Shown here piece after piece: positions 39,248 through 53,306 of a stretch of DNA of 60,000 bases. How positions within the stretch are numbered: the stretch's first letter is position 1; the number at the start of each line of letters is the position of its first letter. The notes beneath the pieces are model-generated. The model was not told the DNA's origin. It worked only from the letters and a program-made list of their open reading frames with translations, and made no database searches. Source of the DNA: Laetmonice hystrix (taxonomy: Eukaryota); the NCBI GenBank assembly GCA_965235115.1, contig OZ249436.1, forward strand, positions 34,412,001-34,472,000, in the 5' to 3' direction. The position numbers and the translations under genes are program-made.

Positions 39248-40022
39248 ACTGCTACTGCTGCTGCTGCTACTGCTGCTGCTGCTACTGCTGCTGCTTTTGC
39301 TGCTGCTGCTGCTACTGCTACTGCTGCTGCTACTGCTGCTGCTGCTACTGCTGCTGCTACTGGTACTACTGGTGCTGCTGCTACTGTTGCTGCTGCTTGT
39401 GCGGCTGCTGCTGCTTGTGCTGCTGCTTGTGCTGCTGCTGCTACTACTACTACTACTGCTGCTGCTACTGCTACTGCTACTGCTGCTATACTGCTGCTGC
39501 TGCTACTGCTGCTGCTGCTGCGGCTACTGCTACTGCTGCTATACTACTGCTGCTGCTGCTACTGCTGCTGCTGCTGCTACTGCTGCTACTGCTGCTGCTG
39601 CTGCGGCTACTGCTGCTGCTACTGCTACTGCTACTGCTACTGCTGCTGCTGCTGCTACTGCTGCTGCTCCTACTACTACTGCGGCTACTGCTGCTGCTGC
39701 TACTGCTGCTGCTACTGCTGCTACTGCTACTGCTGCCACTACTACTGCTGCTACTGCTGCTGCTACTGCCGCTGCTGCTGCTGCTGCTGCTGCTGCTTGT
39801 GCTGCTGCTTGTGCTGCTACTGCTGCTACTGCTGCTGTTGCTGCTGCTACTACTGCTGCTGCTGCTACTGCTGCTGCTGCTGCTACTACTGCTACTGCTG
39901 CTGTACTGCTGCTGCTGCTGCTGCGGCTACTGCTGCTGCTACTGCTACTGCTACTGCTGCTACTACTACTGCGGCTACTGCTGCTGCTGCTGCTGCCACT
40001 GCTGCTACTGCTGCTGCTGCTG
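38815..40022. repeat. ~1.2-kb (CTG/CTA/CTT)n trinucleotide tract
   Basis: About 400 triplets. They produce the poly-C/A/L ORFs at 38765-40100. Confidence 0.98.
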
Positions 40023-42649
40023 GCCACAGTCGCCTCTTTCAAAACCTTTGAACCGATTTTATCCAGGACATGCCCTTGTTACATCCTAAAGAGGACTTAG
40101 ATTTCGCAGTGTGCATTTAACGCTTTATTTCTACCCTCTCATTCCCATTGAAAAGATTACGCATTAAATCGCAAACGAAATATTTCTCCCACAGGTTCAC
40201 CCTTGCAGTATTACCTGATGGCGGTTTGTTAACGACGTGTAGATTAACAAACTGATGACAACAAAAACACCGTAACTAAGTTAATGAACCGGTGCAAAAT
40301 AAGACGTGAGGTTAATTTGCCGACGTCATGCATTGTTTATGTCTGCTTGACAACGTGCACAAGTCTCGTCTGCGCCCCAGTGCACGTGCATAGCAGCGTG
40401 CGTGAATACACGTGCGGAGATTCGTGCATCTATATATGGGTGATAGGGCATGGCGGGGATGGTGCTCTGTGGAATTACCTGAGTGCGAATTGATGAGTGC
40501 AAGTAAATGATAAGGGCAATGACAATTAACAGTGATAAGAAAAGGATGATTATTAAGCGGACATATTTTCACTGTTAAAGGGAGCGCAATATTAAGTGAT
40601 ACTGTCAGTAATCCTTCGTAAGAAATGCTTCTGTGATATCAACGCGTTCATTTGAACAGTAAAGTAGAGCGGATCACAAAATAGGAAGTATTTACTGTTG
40701 AGGAAGTCTAAGCGATTTACCGTCTTAATAAAACCATTCATATTACGGTATTATCTCTGTATAAGAAAAACTCATATCAGGGTTTAACTGGGTAAACTGC
40801 CAATTTTCAAACGTCCAGTAATAACAATTAAAACTAAAATGGCCTTTTAAAATCAATTTCCAATTTCAAAATTGTCCTACATGATTTAAAAAGAGGGGGG
40901 GGGGTTGTTACATCAGGATGTTGAAGTTGGACTTTTACATGAGAGTACATAATTTCCTGATTGTAAGTCGAAGCCAGAGCTCTGCAAACTTAACCTTAAC
41001 AAGTGCCAATGTCCAGAGTACAGAGACTGAGGGCGGGTGAACTTTCCGGCCTTGTTAGATATTACTGGACGAAAAGCCGCTTGGGTCGAAGGCGGCATCT
41101 CTTTGTAGTGTCTGTCGGTAAAGGTTGCGGCCATGGGGGACGAGTAGAGGGCGGCGAAGTGTCCAGTCACGGCCCGTTAATCTGGCTATAGAACGACCCT
41201 TGACTGGACAATGGAAACCACTGGAAAGGAAATAACAGTGCTCATTGAATTACGTTCTTTTTCCATAATCGGCTGTAAGGTAACACTTGTCTGGAGGGGC
41301 CCAAGGGGGCTGGACATAAAGGACATAAAGCGACGGCGGAGACAGTGTGGGGGTTGGGGCGGTGAAGGGGGTACGTGTCTCACCTGCCCCACCCCAAGGG
41401 CGCGGGGGACAGGCAGTACCACGCCCGCTGACAAATTGCCCTCTGTCTGTCCCGGGGCTCGGACCACGTCCACCTGCCCTCTCCACCCCTCCCACCTTAC
41501 TGACGACTGGTGACGCCATGTCAGCACACCTGGCTGAGGGTCCGAACTTTCCCCCCAAACAAGAACTTAATGTAAACGTGTGAGTTAGCGATTATTATTA
41601 AGAAAATTTAAAGAAAAATACCCCAAAAAAACAACAAACAAACAAACAATCAACAAACAGACAACTATAGCATTTTATGGTGACAGGTGGGATCCGGGGG
41701 AATATATACACATACTGGAATGGGCTAATTGTATGCACATAATCTCTAGTCATGTTTTACTAATAACGTGGGGTATACAAGAGCGTTATCTCTTTTAGAT
41801 CCATCACAGGTGTGATAAAAGGTATAATTAATTATATAGCATCTGACAATTGTAGGTAGCAAGGAAGCTGTTGAATCACAAGTTCAAAAAAACCCTCCCC
41901 CAAAACAACACTCTATCTGGTTTTATCCGGGGAGGTAATAAGAAATTCAATATGAACCTAAAGTGAGGACCCAGGTCTTTTTTAATTCGCGTAATTCTCG
42001 GTTTCCGAAAACCCTACCACCAAAATGATGGCAGCTGACATTGTACAATCCTGTGCATGGCACATGGGCTGGCAATGTAACTACATGTATATACGGTGAT
42101 CATTTGATCGTCCCTCCCTCCCTCACCGCTGGCCGTGTGACGTGGGCATGAGACCATTGTGTACCAAACTGGTTAATCCGACGTCAGTTGTGAATTAATA
42201 TGTGACAAGGTGCGGATTAACAGATTAACGACACGCAAACCGCCACAGCACCGGAGCCTGGCAACAAACATGGAGATCCCAACAGTGGGTCCCTCAAAGG
42301 CGGGAGAAGATCAAGGCAGATCAAAAAGTTTGTGGCAGCGTGAAAGTTCTTAATGCACTGTTAACTACGTCCGGATCATGTGGCAGTGGAAAAGACATCG
42401 GCGCAGTCGCCGCCAGAATCACGATTATCGGATCAGGCGGGAGAGGGCCTTAGCTAACACCATTCCCCCTGTAATCTGGCCTGTAGCACCGTTTGTCCCG
42501 TGTTTTCTCTTAATCCAGCGTCCCCAACTTCAGTTTTCGGTTACCATTGGTGATGACGACGACGATGGTGATGAGGGGGAGACCTTGTGTTTATTTGGAG
42601 GAGGTTAGCGATACCAAAGTGTTTCGTGGTATATGGTTATATTCACTAG

Positions 42650-45600
42650 TAGACACATTCGTAAACTCACACACGTACACAAGTAGGTTACTATTGGTGA
42701 CGACGATAGTGGTGATGAAGGGGGTCCTTAGAGACATACGTAAACTCACACACGTACACAAGTAGGTTAACTCACCCACGTACACAAGTAGGTTACTATT
42801 GGTGATGACGACGATAGTGGTGATGAAGGGGGTCCATAGAGATATACGTAAACTCACGCACGTACACAAGTAGGTTACTATTGGTGATGACGACGATAGC
42901 GGTGATGAAGGGGTCCATAGAGACATACGTAAACTCACACACGTACACAAGTAGGTTACTATTGGTGATGACGATAGTGGTGATGAAGGGGTCCATAGAG
43001 ACATACGTAAACTCACACACGTACACAAGTAGGTTACTATTGGTGATGACGATAGTCGTGATGAAGGGGTCCATAGAGACATACGTAAACTCACACACGT
43101 ACACAAGTAGGTTACTATTGGTGATGACGACGATAGTGGTGATGAAGGGGTCCATAGAGACATACGTAAACTCACACACGTACACGAGTAGGTTACTATT
43201 GGTGATGACGATAGTCGTGATGAGGGGGGGTCCATAGAGATATACGTAAACTCACACACGTACACAAGTAGGTTACTATTGGTGACGACGATAGTGGTGA
43301 TGAAGGGGGTCCATAGAGATATACGTAAACTCACACACGTACACAAGTAGGTTACTATTGGTGACGACGATAGTGGTGATGAAGGGGGTCCATAGAGATA
43401 TACGTAAACTCACACACGTACACAAGTAGGTTACTATTGGTGATGACGACGATAGCGGTGATGAAGGGGTCTATAGAGACATACGTAAACTCACACACGT
43501 ACACAAGTAGGTTACTATTGGTGATGACGATAGTCGTGATGAGGGGGGGTCCATAGAGATATACGTAAACTCACACACGTACACAAGTAGGTTACTATTG
43601 GTGATGACGACGATAGCGGTGATGAAGGGGTCCATAGAGACATACGTAAACTCACACACGTACACGAGTAGGTTACTATTGGTGATGACGATAGTCGTGA
43701 TGAGGGGGGGTCCATAGAGATATACGTAAACTCACACACGTACACAAGTAGGTTACTATTGGTGACGACGATAGTGGTGATGAAGGGGGGTCCATAGACA
43801 CATACGTAAACTCACACACGTACACAAGTAGGTTACTATTGGTGACGACGATAGTGGTGATGAAGGGGGGTCCATAGACACATACGTAAACTCACACACG
43901 TACACAAGTAGGTTACTATTGGTGATGACGACGATAGTGGTGATGAAGGGGGTCCATAGAGACATTCGTAAACTCACACACGTACACAAGTAGGTTACTA
44001 TTGGTGACGACGACGATAGTGGTGATGATGGGGGTCCATAGAGACATTCGTAAACTCACACACGTACACAAGTAGGTTACTATTGGTGATGACGATAGTG
44101 GTGATGAAGGGGGGTCCATAGACACATACGTAAACTCACACACGTACACAAGTAGGTTACTATTGGTGATGACGATAGTGGTGATGAAGGGGATCCATAG
44201 ACACATACGTAAACTCACCCACGTACACAAGTAGGTTACTATTGGTGATGACGATGATAGACACATATGTAAACTCACACACGTACACAAGTAGGTTAAC
44301 TCACACACGTACACAAGTAGGTTACTATTGGTGATGACGACGATAGTGGTGATGAAGGGGGTCCATAGAGACATACGTAAACTCACACACGTACACAAGT
44401 AGGTTACTATTGGTGACGACGACGATAGTGGTGATGAAGGGGTCCATAGACACATACGTAAACTCACACACGTACACAAGTAGGTTACTATTGGTGACGA
44501 CGATAGTGGTGATGAAGGGGGTCCATAGAGACATACGTAAACTCACACACGCACACAAGTAGGTTACTATTGGTGATGACGACGATAGTGGTGATGAAGG
44601 GGTCCATAGACACATACGTAAACTCACACACGTACACAAGTAGGTTACTATTGGTGACAACGATAGTGGTGATGAAGGGGTCCATAGACACATACGTAAA
44701 CTCACACACGTACACAAGTAGGTTACTATTGGTGACAACGATAGTGGTGATGAAGGGGTCCATAGACACATACGTAAACTCACACACGTATACAAGTAGG
44801 TTACTATAATTGGTGATGACGATGATAGACACATATGTAAACTCACACACGTACACAAGTAGGTTACTATAATTGGTGATGACGATGATAGACACATACG
44901 TAAACTCACACACGTACACAAGTAGGTTACTATTGGTGACGACGATAGTGGTGATGAAGGGGATCCATAGACACATACGTAAACTCACACACGTACACAA
45001 GTAGGTTACTATTGGTGACGACGATAGTGGTGATGAAGGGGTCCATAGACACATACGTAAACTCACACACGTACACAAGTAGGTTACTATTGGTGATGAC
45101 GATGATAGACACATATGTAAACTCACACACGTACACAAGTAGGTTAACTCACACACGTACACAAGTAGGTTACTATTGGTGATGACGATGATAGACACAT
45201 ATGTAAACTCACACACGTACACAAGTAGGTTACTATTGGTGATGACGACGATAGTGGTGATGACGGGGATCCATAGAGACATACGTAAACTCACACACGT
45301 ACACAAGTAGGTTACTATTGGTGACGACGATAGTGGTGATGACGGGGGTCCATTGAGACATACGTAAACTCACACAAGTACACAAGTAGGTTACTATTGG
45401 TGATGACGATAGTGGTGATGAAGGGGGTCCATAGACACATACGTAAACTCACACACGTACACGATAGTGGTGATGAAGGGGATCCATAGACACATACGTA
45501 AACTCACACACGTACACAAGTAGGTTACTATTGGTGACGACGATAGTGGTGATGAAGGGGGTCCATAGACACATACGTAAACTCACACACGTACACAAGT

Positions 45601-46765
45601 AGGTTACTATTGGTGACAACGATAGTGGTGATGAAGGGGGTCCATAGACACATACGTAAACTCACACACGTACACGATAGTGGTGATGAAGGGGATCCAT
45701 AGACACATACGTAAACTCACACACGTACACAAGTAGGTTACTATTGGTGACGACGATAGTGGTGATGAAGGGGGTCCATAGACACATACGTAAACTCACA
45801 CACGTACACAAGTAGGTTACTATTGGTGATGACGATGATAGACACATATGTAAACTCACACACGTACACAAGTAGGTTAACTCACACACGTACACAAGTA
45901 GGTTACTATTGGTGATGACGATGATAGACACATATGTAAACTCACACACGTACACAAGTAGGTTACTATTGGTGATGACGATTATAGACACATACGTAAA
46001 CTCACACACGTACACATGTAGGTTACTATGGGTGACGACGATAGTGGTGATGAAGGGGATCCATAGAGACATACGTAAACTCACACACGTACACAAGTAG
46101 GTTACTATTGGTGATGACGATAGTGGTGATGAAGGGGTCCATAGACACATACGTAAACTCACACACGTACACAAGTAGGTTACTATTAGTGATGACGACG
46201 ATAGTGGTGATGAAGGGGTCCATAGACACATACGTAAACTCACACACGTACACAAGTAGGTTACTATTGGTGATGACGATAGTGGTGATGAAGGGGTCCA
46301 TAGACACATACGTAAACTCACACACGTACACAAGTAGGTTACTATTGGTGACGACGATAGTGGTGATGAAGGGGTCCATAGACACATACGTAAACTCACA
46401 CACGTACACAAGTAGGTTACTATTGGTGACGACGACGATAGTGGTGATGAAGGGGGTCCATAGACACATACGTAAACTCACACACGTACACAAGTGGGTT
46501 ACTATTGGTGATGACGACGATAGTGGTGATGAAGGGGTCCATACACATACGTAAACTCACACACGTACACAAGCAGGTTACGCTTGGTGATGACGATAGT
46601 GGTGATGAAGGGGTCCATAGAGACATACGTTAACTCACACACGTACATATGTAGGTTACTATTCGTGATGACGATAGTGGTGATGAAGGGGGTCCATAGA
46701 GACATACGTAAACTCACACACGTACACAAGTAGGTTACTATTGGTGACGACGATAGTGAAGATGA
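42650..46765. repeat. ~4.1-kb minisatellite, ~78-82 bp unit with shorter deletion variants
   Basis: Unit taggttactattggtgatgacgacgatagtggtgatgaaggggtccatagagacatacgtaaactcacacacgtacacaag, more than 50 copies. The GAC count and G-run length vary. A diverged partial copy sits at ~42539-42580. Confidence 0.98.
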
Positions 46766-48948
46766 AAGAAAAGGGGAAAAACCCAGGTCTGTTCCGACCC
46801 TATGTAAGTTATTTTGTATTAGGGTTCTTCATTTAGATGCCCTAGCGACGCGGCCCGGCCACCGGCGTATGTATAATGATATGTAGATTGGTGCGGCCTT
46901 GATTTCTCAAGGGTGATTTCATTTGACGTGACATTTTCATTTGGGCTAATTTCCCCATGTTGTTGACCTCACCATTGTTAGCCGCTGAATACCGTGATGA
47001 GGTCGGTGCACTGATGTGTACAGGTGTATAGGTACTGGGAGAGTGGACGGCCGGCCAGGATGGTCATTCCGGTCATGCTTTCCAAACTGACAATATGACA
47101 AAAAGATGGGCGGTGAGGGGAGGGTGGCTGAGAACGTCGGCGTTACGAGAGCTGATTTTTCAAACAGTCTTTACATTTATATTCAAAACATGAATTATTT
47201 GAAATTTTCACTCTCTCACGTATTTCTTTGACATATCAATGACAATAACATTATGCAGATATATATCAAAAGGAAGCATTACTATGTTGGATATTTCTGG
47301 ATTTCTGGAATTGAAAAGGTCCTTAAAGATTTGCTAAAAGTCTTGCATATTTCTCACTTTTATTTCCAATTATTCCATCTTCATTCCTCTCGCGTATATA
47401 GGTCCCTTATGTCTGTACTTCTCTCCTCTGATATATAGGTTAATATTGAAGTAATTATTAAGATTCAGTGTCGTGTTCGTCGCCTCTGTGGATTATAAAA
47501 GGGTTATGAATTCATGGCCATATTACATCGGCCGAGAGCAAAGCTGTATGAACCAGCTGCTGCTCTGATCATTTCCCCTTGGTGGAGTTGTCATCCTCTT
47601 AGCAACATGAGAGGAAGAAGCCTATGAAAGAAGAACTTCCTCAGAGCACTAAGGGTGGCCGTGGCACATTCTCACTACTAAACAAACTTCTGTGGGGCGA
47701 TCATGCCACCAGATCAGCTGCAAATGTCAGGGAAATGGCGGCATGCCTCGCCTACAGATGTTACTGCCGGGTTCTGGTAGTGACAAGCACCTTTGCACAA
47801 GTGAGCTAACCTATTGGATCGGCACCGCCGTGCTGCCTTTTCCTAATTCCAGGTGCACAGATTAAAGAGGAGATCTTTATTAGGAGATCAAGAGGAGACA
47901 GCCGAGCGGGAAAGGCAGAAGCGCCAAGTGCTGGAAATGGGTGTGTGACACGCCACAGAGGCGATGGGAGAGGGGAAAGCGGCCCCGCCACCGCCCCACC
48001 ACGCAACACTTTGATGTGGCTTAAGCAAACGTTTCTACGGGGTGTCGCCTTCAGCGGGCTTCAGCGGGCCCTTGATTTGTGGCTAAAGTAAAACAAGCCA
48101 GTGGCTGCCTGAGACCACGAAGCCCGAAGCTCAGGGAAGGGATGAGATGCTGGTGTTGTATGGAGGGAAATTGCGTGGCGAACACGAGTGTTTGTTGCTC
48201 TTCAGCAAGCCGTGTGGTGATGAAGGGCAACGGAGGAACCAGCATGTCCTACACGCCAACCAATGCTTTGTTTCCTGCCCCCCGCATTGGCATCGCCTCG
48301 CCAGTGAGCTCTATACAGTCTGCCTTTGAAGTGCCAATATTGCCGTGCCGTGTAAATGTTCTCCGACTGAGATGCCTTTCGAGGGGCTGTCGAGAGCGCA
48401 ATATTATCAGTGTCTATCAAGTATGGGCGGTTTACTGGTGTCCCAGGGCCGCCTTTGTAGTTGGCTGTTGGTTGTCCCTGCATAGCTTGCACAACGCTTG
48501 ACTTGGTAATGACGAAACATGTGTCCAGCCGGGGAGGCATCTCGGAGCAGTTGCTGATTACTGATCACTTTGTTGTCAGCCACCCTTGAGCTAAACGTGA
48601 GCGTCAGGCAAGCAGCACCAGCCACTTTGGGGCGCCTGTCATCGCACCCGTATATTGAACACCGATCTACGCTTGTCAGTCAACTCTCCCGGGTCCTGGC
48701 ACCAACTGCAATTTCAACACTCCTCGACAAAGTTCTGACGAATAAATCCATACGGTTTGCGAACTTGCTGAAGGAGAGCAATGGCAAGTAGTGACAGCCT
48801 GGGGCGAGTGGCCAACTTAGGGGGAAGGTGCCCACGGCTTCTGTGGTCACACTGTAGGCTGGTCGGGCCCCTTACGTCGACATCACTCAGACCCTAGGTC
48901 CAGGCCAAGTGACCAGGGAAGGCAGCCAAGCTACACCCGAACTAGAAG

Positions 48949-49012
48949 CTAATTTCCCGTCGTCTCTTGCTTGTTCTTCCTGCCTTCTGGCTCGTACTCA
49001 TCATCCGTATCT
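48949..49012 (-). other. Candidate exon with a strong 3' splice site; possible C-terminal peptide DTDDEYEPEGRKNKQETTGN*
   Basis: Minus strand has CTAAC branch (49045-49041), then agaatcatgttttgttttgtctttgcag|AGATACGGATGATGAGTAC. All three frames stop within ~70 nt, so the exon is terminal-coding or non-coding. Confidence 0.4.
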
Positions 49013-50595
49013 CTGCAAAGACAAAACAAAACATGATTCTGTTAGAAACGTTTCAAAGTAAACTTTGAAAAAAAAGTTATTCAGTGATATTTGGCTTTAG
49101 CTCAAAGAAAGGTCATGAATCAATATACAGAATAAATCAACTTTCGCATGGGGAAACATTTCAATGACGAACATGTCAGAAAGAACCCTTGTGCATGGTT
49201 TTATCACTCACATTTTAATAGATTCTCGCGGGGCGTTGGCATTTTGAATCGCAAATAAGACAACCTAGTACTCGCATCAGTAAACAAGATCGTCCGCCTT
49301 TTTTTGATGGTCTTCCATCCCCTAATGGCACACACCGAGTCACCTCTCTAGATAACAAGTACTAATCATTTTTGGGTGGACACAAAATCTCCCTTTAAGA
49401 AGGTGCACCCGTAGGTGCTCCCAGGACGAGCGATTTGTCTTCCAGCCTGGGCATAAAATCAGTAAAGCGGCAGAGTTCGTGAGGTGTGAACCCTTCCTTT
49501 TGACTCAGTTGAAAGAGAAAGTCTGCCAAGGAGATCGGATCAGAAAGCACGTGGTGTCCGACCAGAGATCAGGTAGATAGGAAGATGGGATCAGCGACGG
49601 TTCCCGGCCAGTGCCAGCGTAGCCATCTTAATGATAAGCCCGACTCTGACCGAAGTGGCTCCAAATGGTGTGATCGAAGAAACTTTGGCCATACTTGCAG
49701 GCGCAGATAACGAAGTTACGTACGCAAACAGCGCTGAAAGATTGCCTTTTAGTGAATCAAACGTTATTCACGGATGACGGAGGGGTGATAAGGATCCTGG
49801 CCAGATAAGCGCCCCGCTGTCCCCGGGAACAACCAGGCGGAATATACCGGCAAGAGTAATACGCTTGCTGTGCACGACATCTTTTTTTCGCCTGAACCGC
49901 GGCAGGGAAGCTGAAACCCGCGATAAGGGAAGGTGCGCCCCGTTTGTGGCTGCTTAGCCCTCGTCCCGGGCCTTGTGGGAGATTAGTGGTGGGCGGGTTA
50001 CATGGGCAGATAAAAAGGCCATACTCAAGCCTTGGTCTCCCACTGCTTACCCGCGCCACCTCCTGACTATCTTACGTAAAAGCATGAAGGCTGGCTGTCT
50101 CTATTTGCCCGAGAAACAAAAGTAGCTAAAGGCGATTAGGGACTCTCGTTGTGGGAGGGCTTGCTTAAAGAAATAGCTGTTAGTTATGATAATTATTTTA
50201 GGGGGCATTTATATATATAAAGGGCATGCCTTATATTATGTTGCCCTATTCTTCTTTTACCATAGCCATAACATATATTTAACTACCACCACTAACATTT
50301 ATCATACTATATTAGTTCCTACTATTATACAGTTACATAATTAATGTAAAACGAACGCATGTTATTTCAATAATACCTTCGCTGCTGTAGGCACTATACT
50401 TCAGAACGATGAATTTATAGGAACATACTCATAGACACCTAAGGAATCCGAAATATTGCCCCTGTTCTATTTTGGACAGCAGTTAATGGTTCATCATTAA
50501 AGATATTTCCCCTATAACTGACGTGCGTATAGACTAGAAACTTGTTCCCTGTGCGAGTCTGCTGTAGAGCTCCATGATGGCGTCACGTTGATGGA

Positions 50596-50688
50596 AACAG
50601 TTTTTGGATACTTCTACAGCTTGCTTGTGGACACTTCCACAACAGTTTTTGGATACTTCTACAGCTTGCTTGTGGACACTTTCACAAC
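50596..50688. repeat. 45-bp tandem duplication (2 copies)
   Basis: aacagtttttggatacttctacagcttgcttgtggacactt(c/t)cac occurs twice with one mismatch. Confidence 0.92.
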
Positions 50689-52498
50689 GTCCTGGGGGAC
50701 CTTTGTGAAGGCACCTCCATTACTGGACTCACACAAGTGCATTAACTACTGATCTTGGCCAGGAATCCCTTTCTTCCTCGGCACCAGCAGCTGCCATCTG
50801 TGGCCATCTGTACCAAGCAAAGCCTCTTTCTGTTAGGCTCCTCCAGGACCCAAAAGATCCCTTGACTAAAACAACATAACCTCCAACTCAACTCCTGAGA
50901 TGGTAACGCCCAGGGATCGCATTCTGTAACCGTCTTTAAATTTCACAGCCTCTAAGAGGCCCTGAACGGATGTAATTAACCATGGCACAGAGAAGTTCGG
51001 AAACAGAGCAGGAAGTTCGATTACCGAACTCTGTCTGACCTTAAAGGTGACTGAGATATGCATGTACTTCTGCTCGATCATCATGGTCATTGCTCAAGCT
51101 AGAGGCTTCATTAAAAAGGCTAATTTTTATGTTTAATATATAGAAATTGCTGATTGCTGGTTTTTGAATGCTTTATTCTCACCTTCCTCTTGGTTGACTA
51201 AATATTCAGCACTTACAGCTTTCTCCATATCGTCGCATGTGCAGGAAAACTCCAGCACAAGAATTTCGGGCAATTACACGATTGACCATACCGGCACTGA
51301 TCTTACCACTAAATATCTGTTCCATCATGTGTTGCCCAAGATTTGAAAGCACACTCTGAGATGTAATAACCAAAAAAAGACAAAAGATGATTGAGCACGA
51401 TGTTTTTCGTTTTGTAGAGGTCCCTGACGATGGCCGAGCAGAGACGGTGGCGGACGGTTCCCAGGGCCGGGGCGGGGTGAGCGGCGACCAGGCGGGTGGA
51501 AGGGTCGGTCCAGGACCCCCCTCCCCCTCTCCCGGCGGTGGGCCCTTAACCTCCGCCCAACAGGCCGAGGACGTGGGACACCACTCGATCCCAGGCAGAC
51601 AGGTCAGTGTCCCATCGGGGTAGATGATTAAAACGGGCCGGCGACCGCAGTGAAGCGTGGCGACTGCCGAACGCCTCTATAAAATATAGCGTGATGGATC
51701 AATGGTGGGGGCGGTGAGGGATGGCGTTAGGATCGAGTCCTTTTATACACAAAACAACGGGGGCATGATCGGACTTTATGGAAACCTCGTGTCGCCGTCA
51801 CCCGGGGGGACACGGCATGACTTTCGGATTCTACTAACACATATTTCAATGTATCTACCTATCCATTATATATCCTCTGTGATCAGTGTACACTCCAGAC
51901 ATCCCGTGTGTTCCTTTTGGGGTTCTTTTTTGAAGACCCAGAGAGTTATATATCTGAAAACTGCATCAACATACATGACGCGCTGCAGCTATTTCAGTAG
52001 AAGCGTTAAACTTGTCACAGATTACTCGTTAAATAGAATTGTCTCCAAAGACAAGATACTGTATGTTATAAGGAAACACGTAGGAATGTATAATACGAGG
52101 CTAGAATGAGTTGTTGTGATGCTACCGCGGAAATGTGGCCGTTGGCAGTTTGAACGGCCTTAAATAGGTACCTGTCAACATCTCCAAGGATACTGAAAAC
52201 AGTTAAGGTGGGTGACATCACGGTAAACAAGAGTTTCTCGTGGATGTCCAAGTAGTCATGTGGGTAGTTAGGGTTGACGACCCGGTATGACGTAACCGCA
52301 AGCTTGTTGCTTGGTGAAGTACACGGTTTCGACTAGTGTCTCTTTAGGCATCATAATAAATGACATCACAATGGATGAAAATCCAGCGGTTCCCCAATGT
52401 GTAGGGAGAAGTTGGCGGGAGAAAAGATGATCAAGGTGGGCATCATTTCTCTACGACAGCACTACCAAGGGTGGTGGGTGTCGGGGGGTGGAGATGGG

Positions 52499-52557
52499 CT
52501 ACTATAAGGAAACACATCCAGACATCCTACGTGCTACTATAAGGAAACACATCCAGG
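52499..52557. repeat. ~24-bp direct repeat
   Basis: ctactataaggaaacacatccag occurs twice, 35 bp apart. Confidence 0.8.
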
Positions 52558-53306
52558 TGGAACATTGTACTACAAACCATCCGGCAAGAATGCCTTCTCT
52601 TCAAATTGGTCACAGCCTTAGCTGACAAGGCTGTGACCTGTGACAAGTATGGGGGTACATAAAATGTATACCTTTAACATTTATTGTCTTACAGTTGCAT
52701 GTTGGCTAACTTTACGTTTCAAAATACCATTTTTCTCATCTGATTATTTCTTGGATATTGGATGTCGGGGGAAGTGTTCATGCCCTAATATAAGGGTCGA
52801 AATGCAATATCTAGTTTAGCAAACTGCTAGAATAAAGGTTACCTCAAGGGCTGTTATAAAGCTTACATTATTGAAGTATAGTGTAACTTTTAGTGGCACC
52901 AGCGTGTGCTAACAACCGGTATAAGATTTAAGATTGATCAGCCCAATGATAATTAGATTAATTAATTAGATAAATTCAAAAATGTTCCCCATTTTCATCA
53001 TGGAGGCCTTCAGCTTCATTGAGAAAACCCAGGGAGAATACCTGATGATTATATTTGAAGGTTGTTGATTAATAACTTATTAATCACCTATAAATCTATA
53101 GTAATATATTGTTTGTAAATTGAAAAATACTGTCCATCAGTTGAAACCCCCGCATTCAGTATACATCTCTATGTACAATAAGGTTGGTCGATTGTCACAA
53201 TAAAACGCGTATCAATATTAAAGAGAGTCCCGGTTCTAATCTTTAAAACATTGTCACTGGTTCCCTACATTGTGCATCATACAAAACATGGTCGCCAGTG
53301 GCCGCC

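Noticed and set aside
38765..40100. Long ORFs (428, 423, 267 aa) resembling Cys-rich or Ala/Thr antifreeze-like proteins
   Set aside because: CTG/CTA repeats lack stops in all plus frames by construction. Register shifts switch between poly-C, poly-A and poly-L arbitrarily.
42650..46765. CRISPR-like array, or a repeat-protein gene (SIDTYVNSHTYTSRLLLV... and MCTCVSLRM... ORFs)
   Set aside because: Units are contiguous with no unique spacers and there are no cas genes. Unit lengths vary by non-multiples of three, so frames are repeatedly broken.
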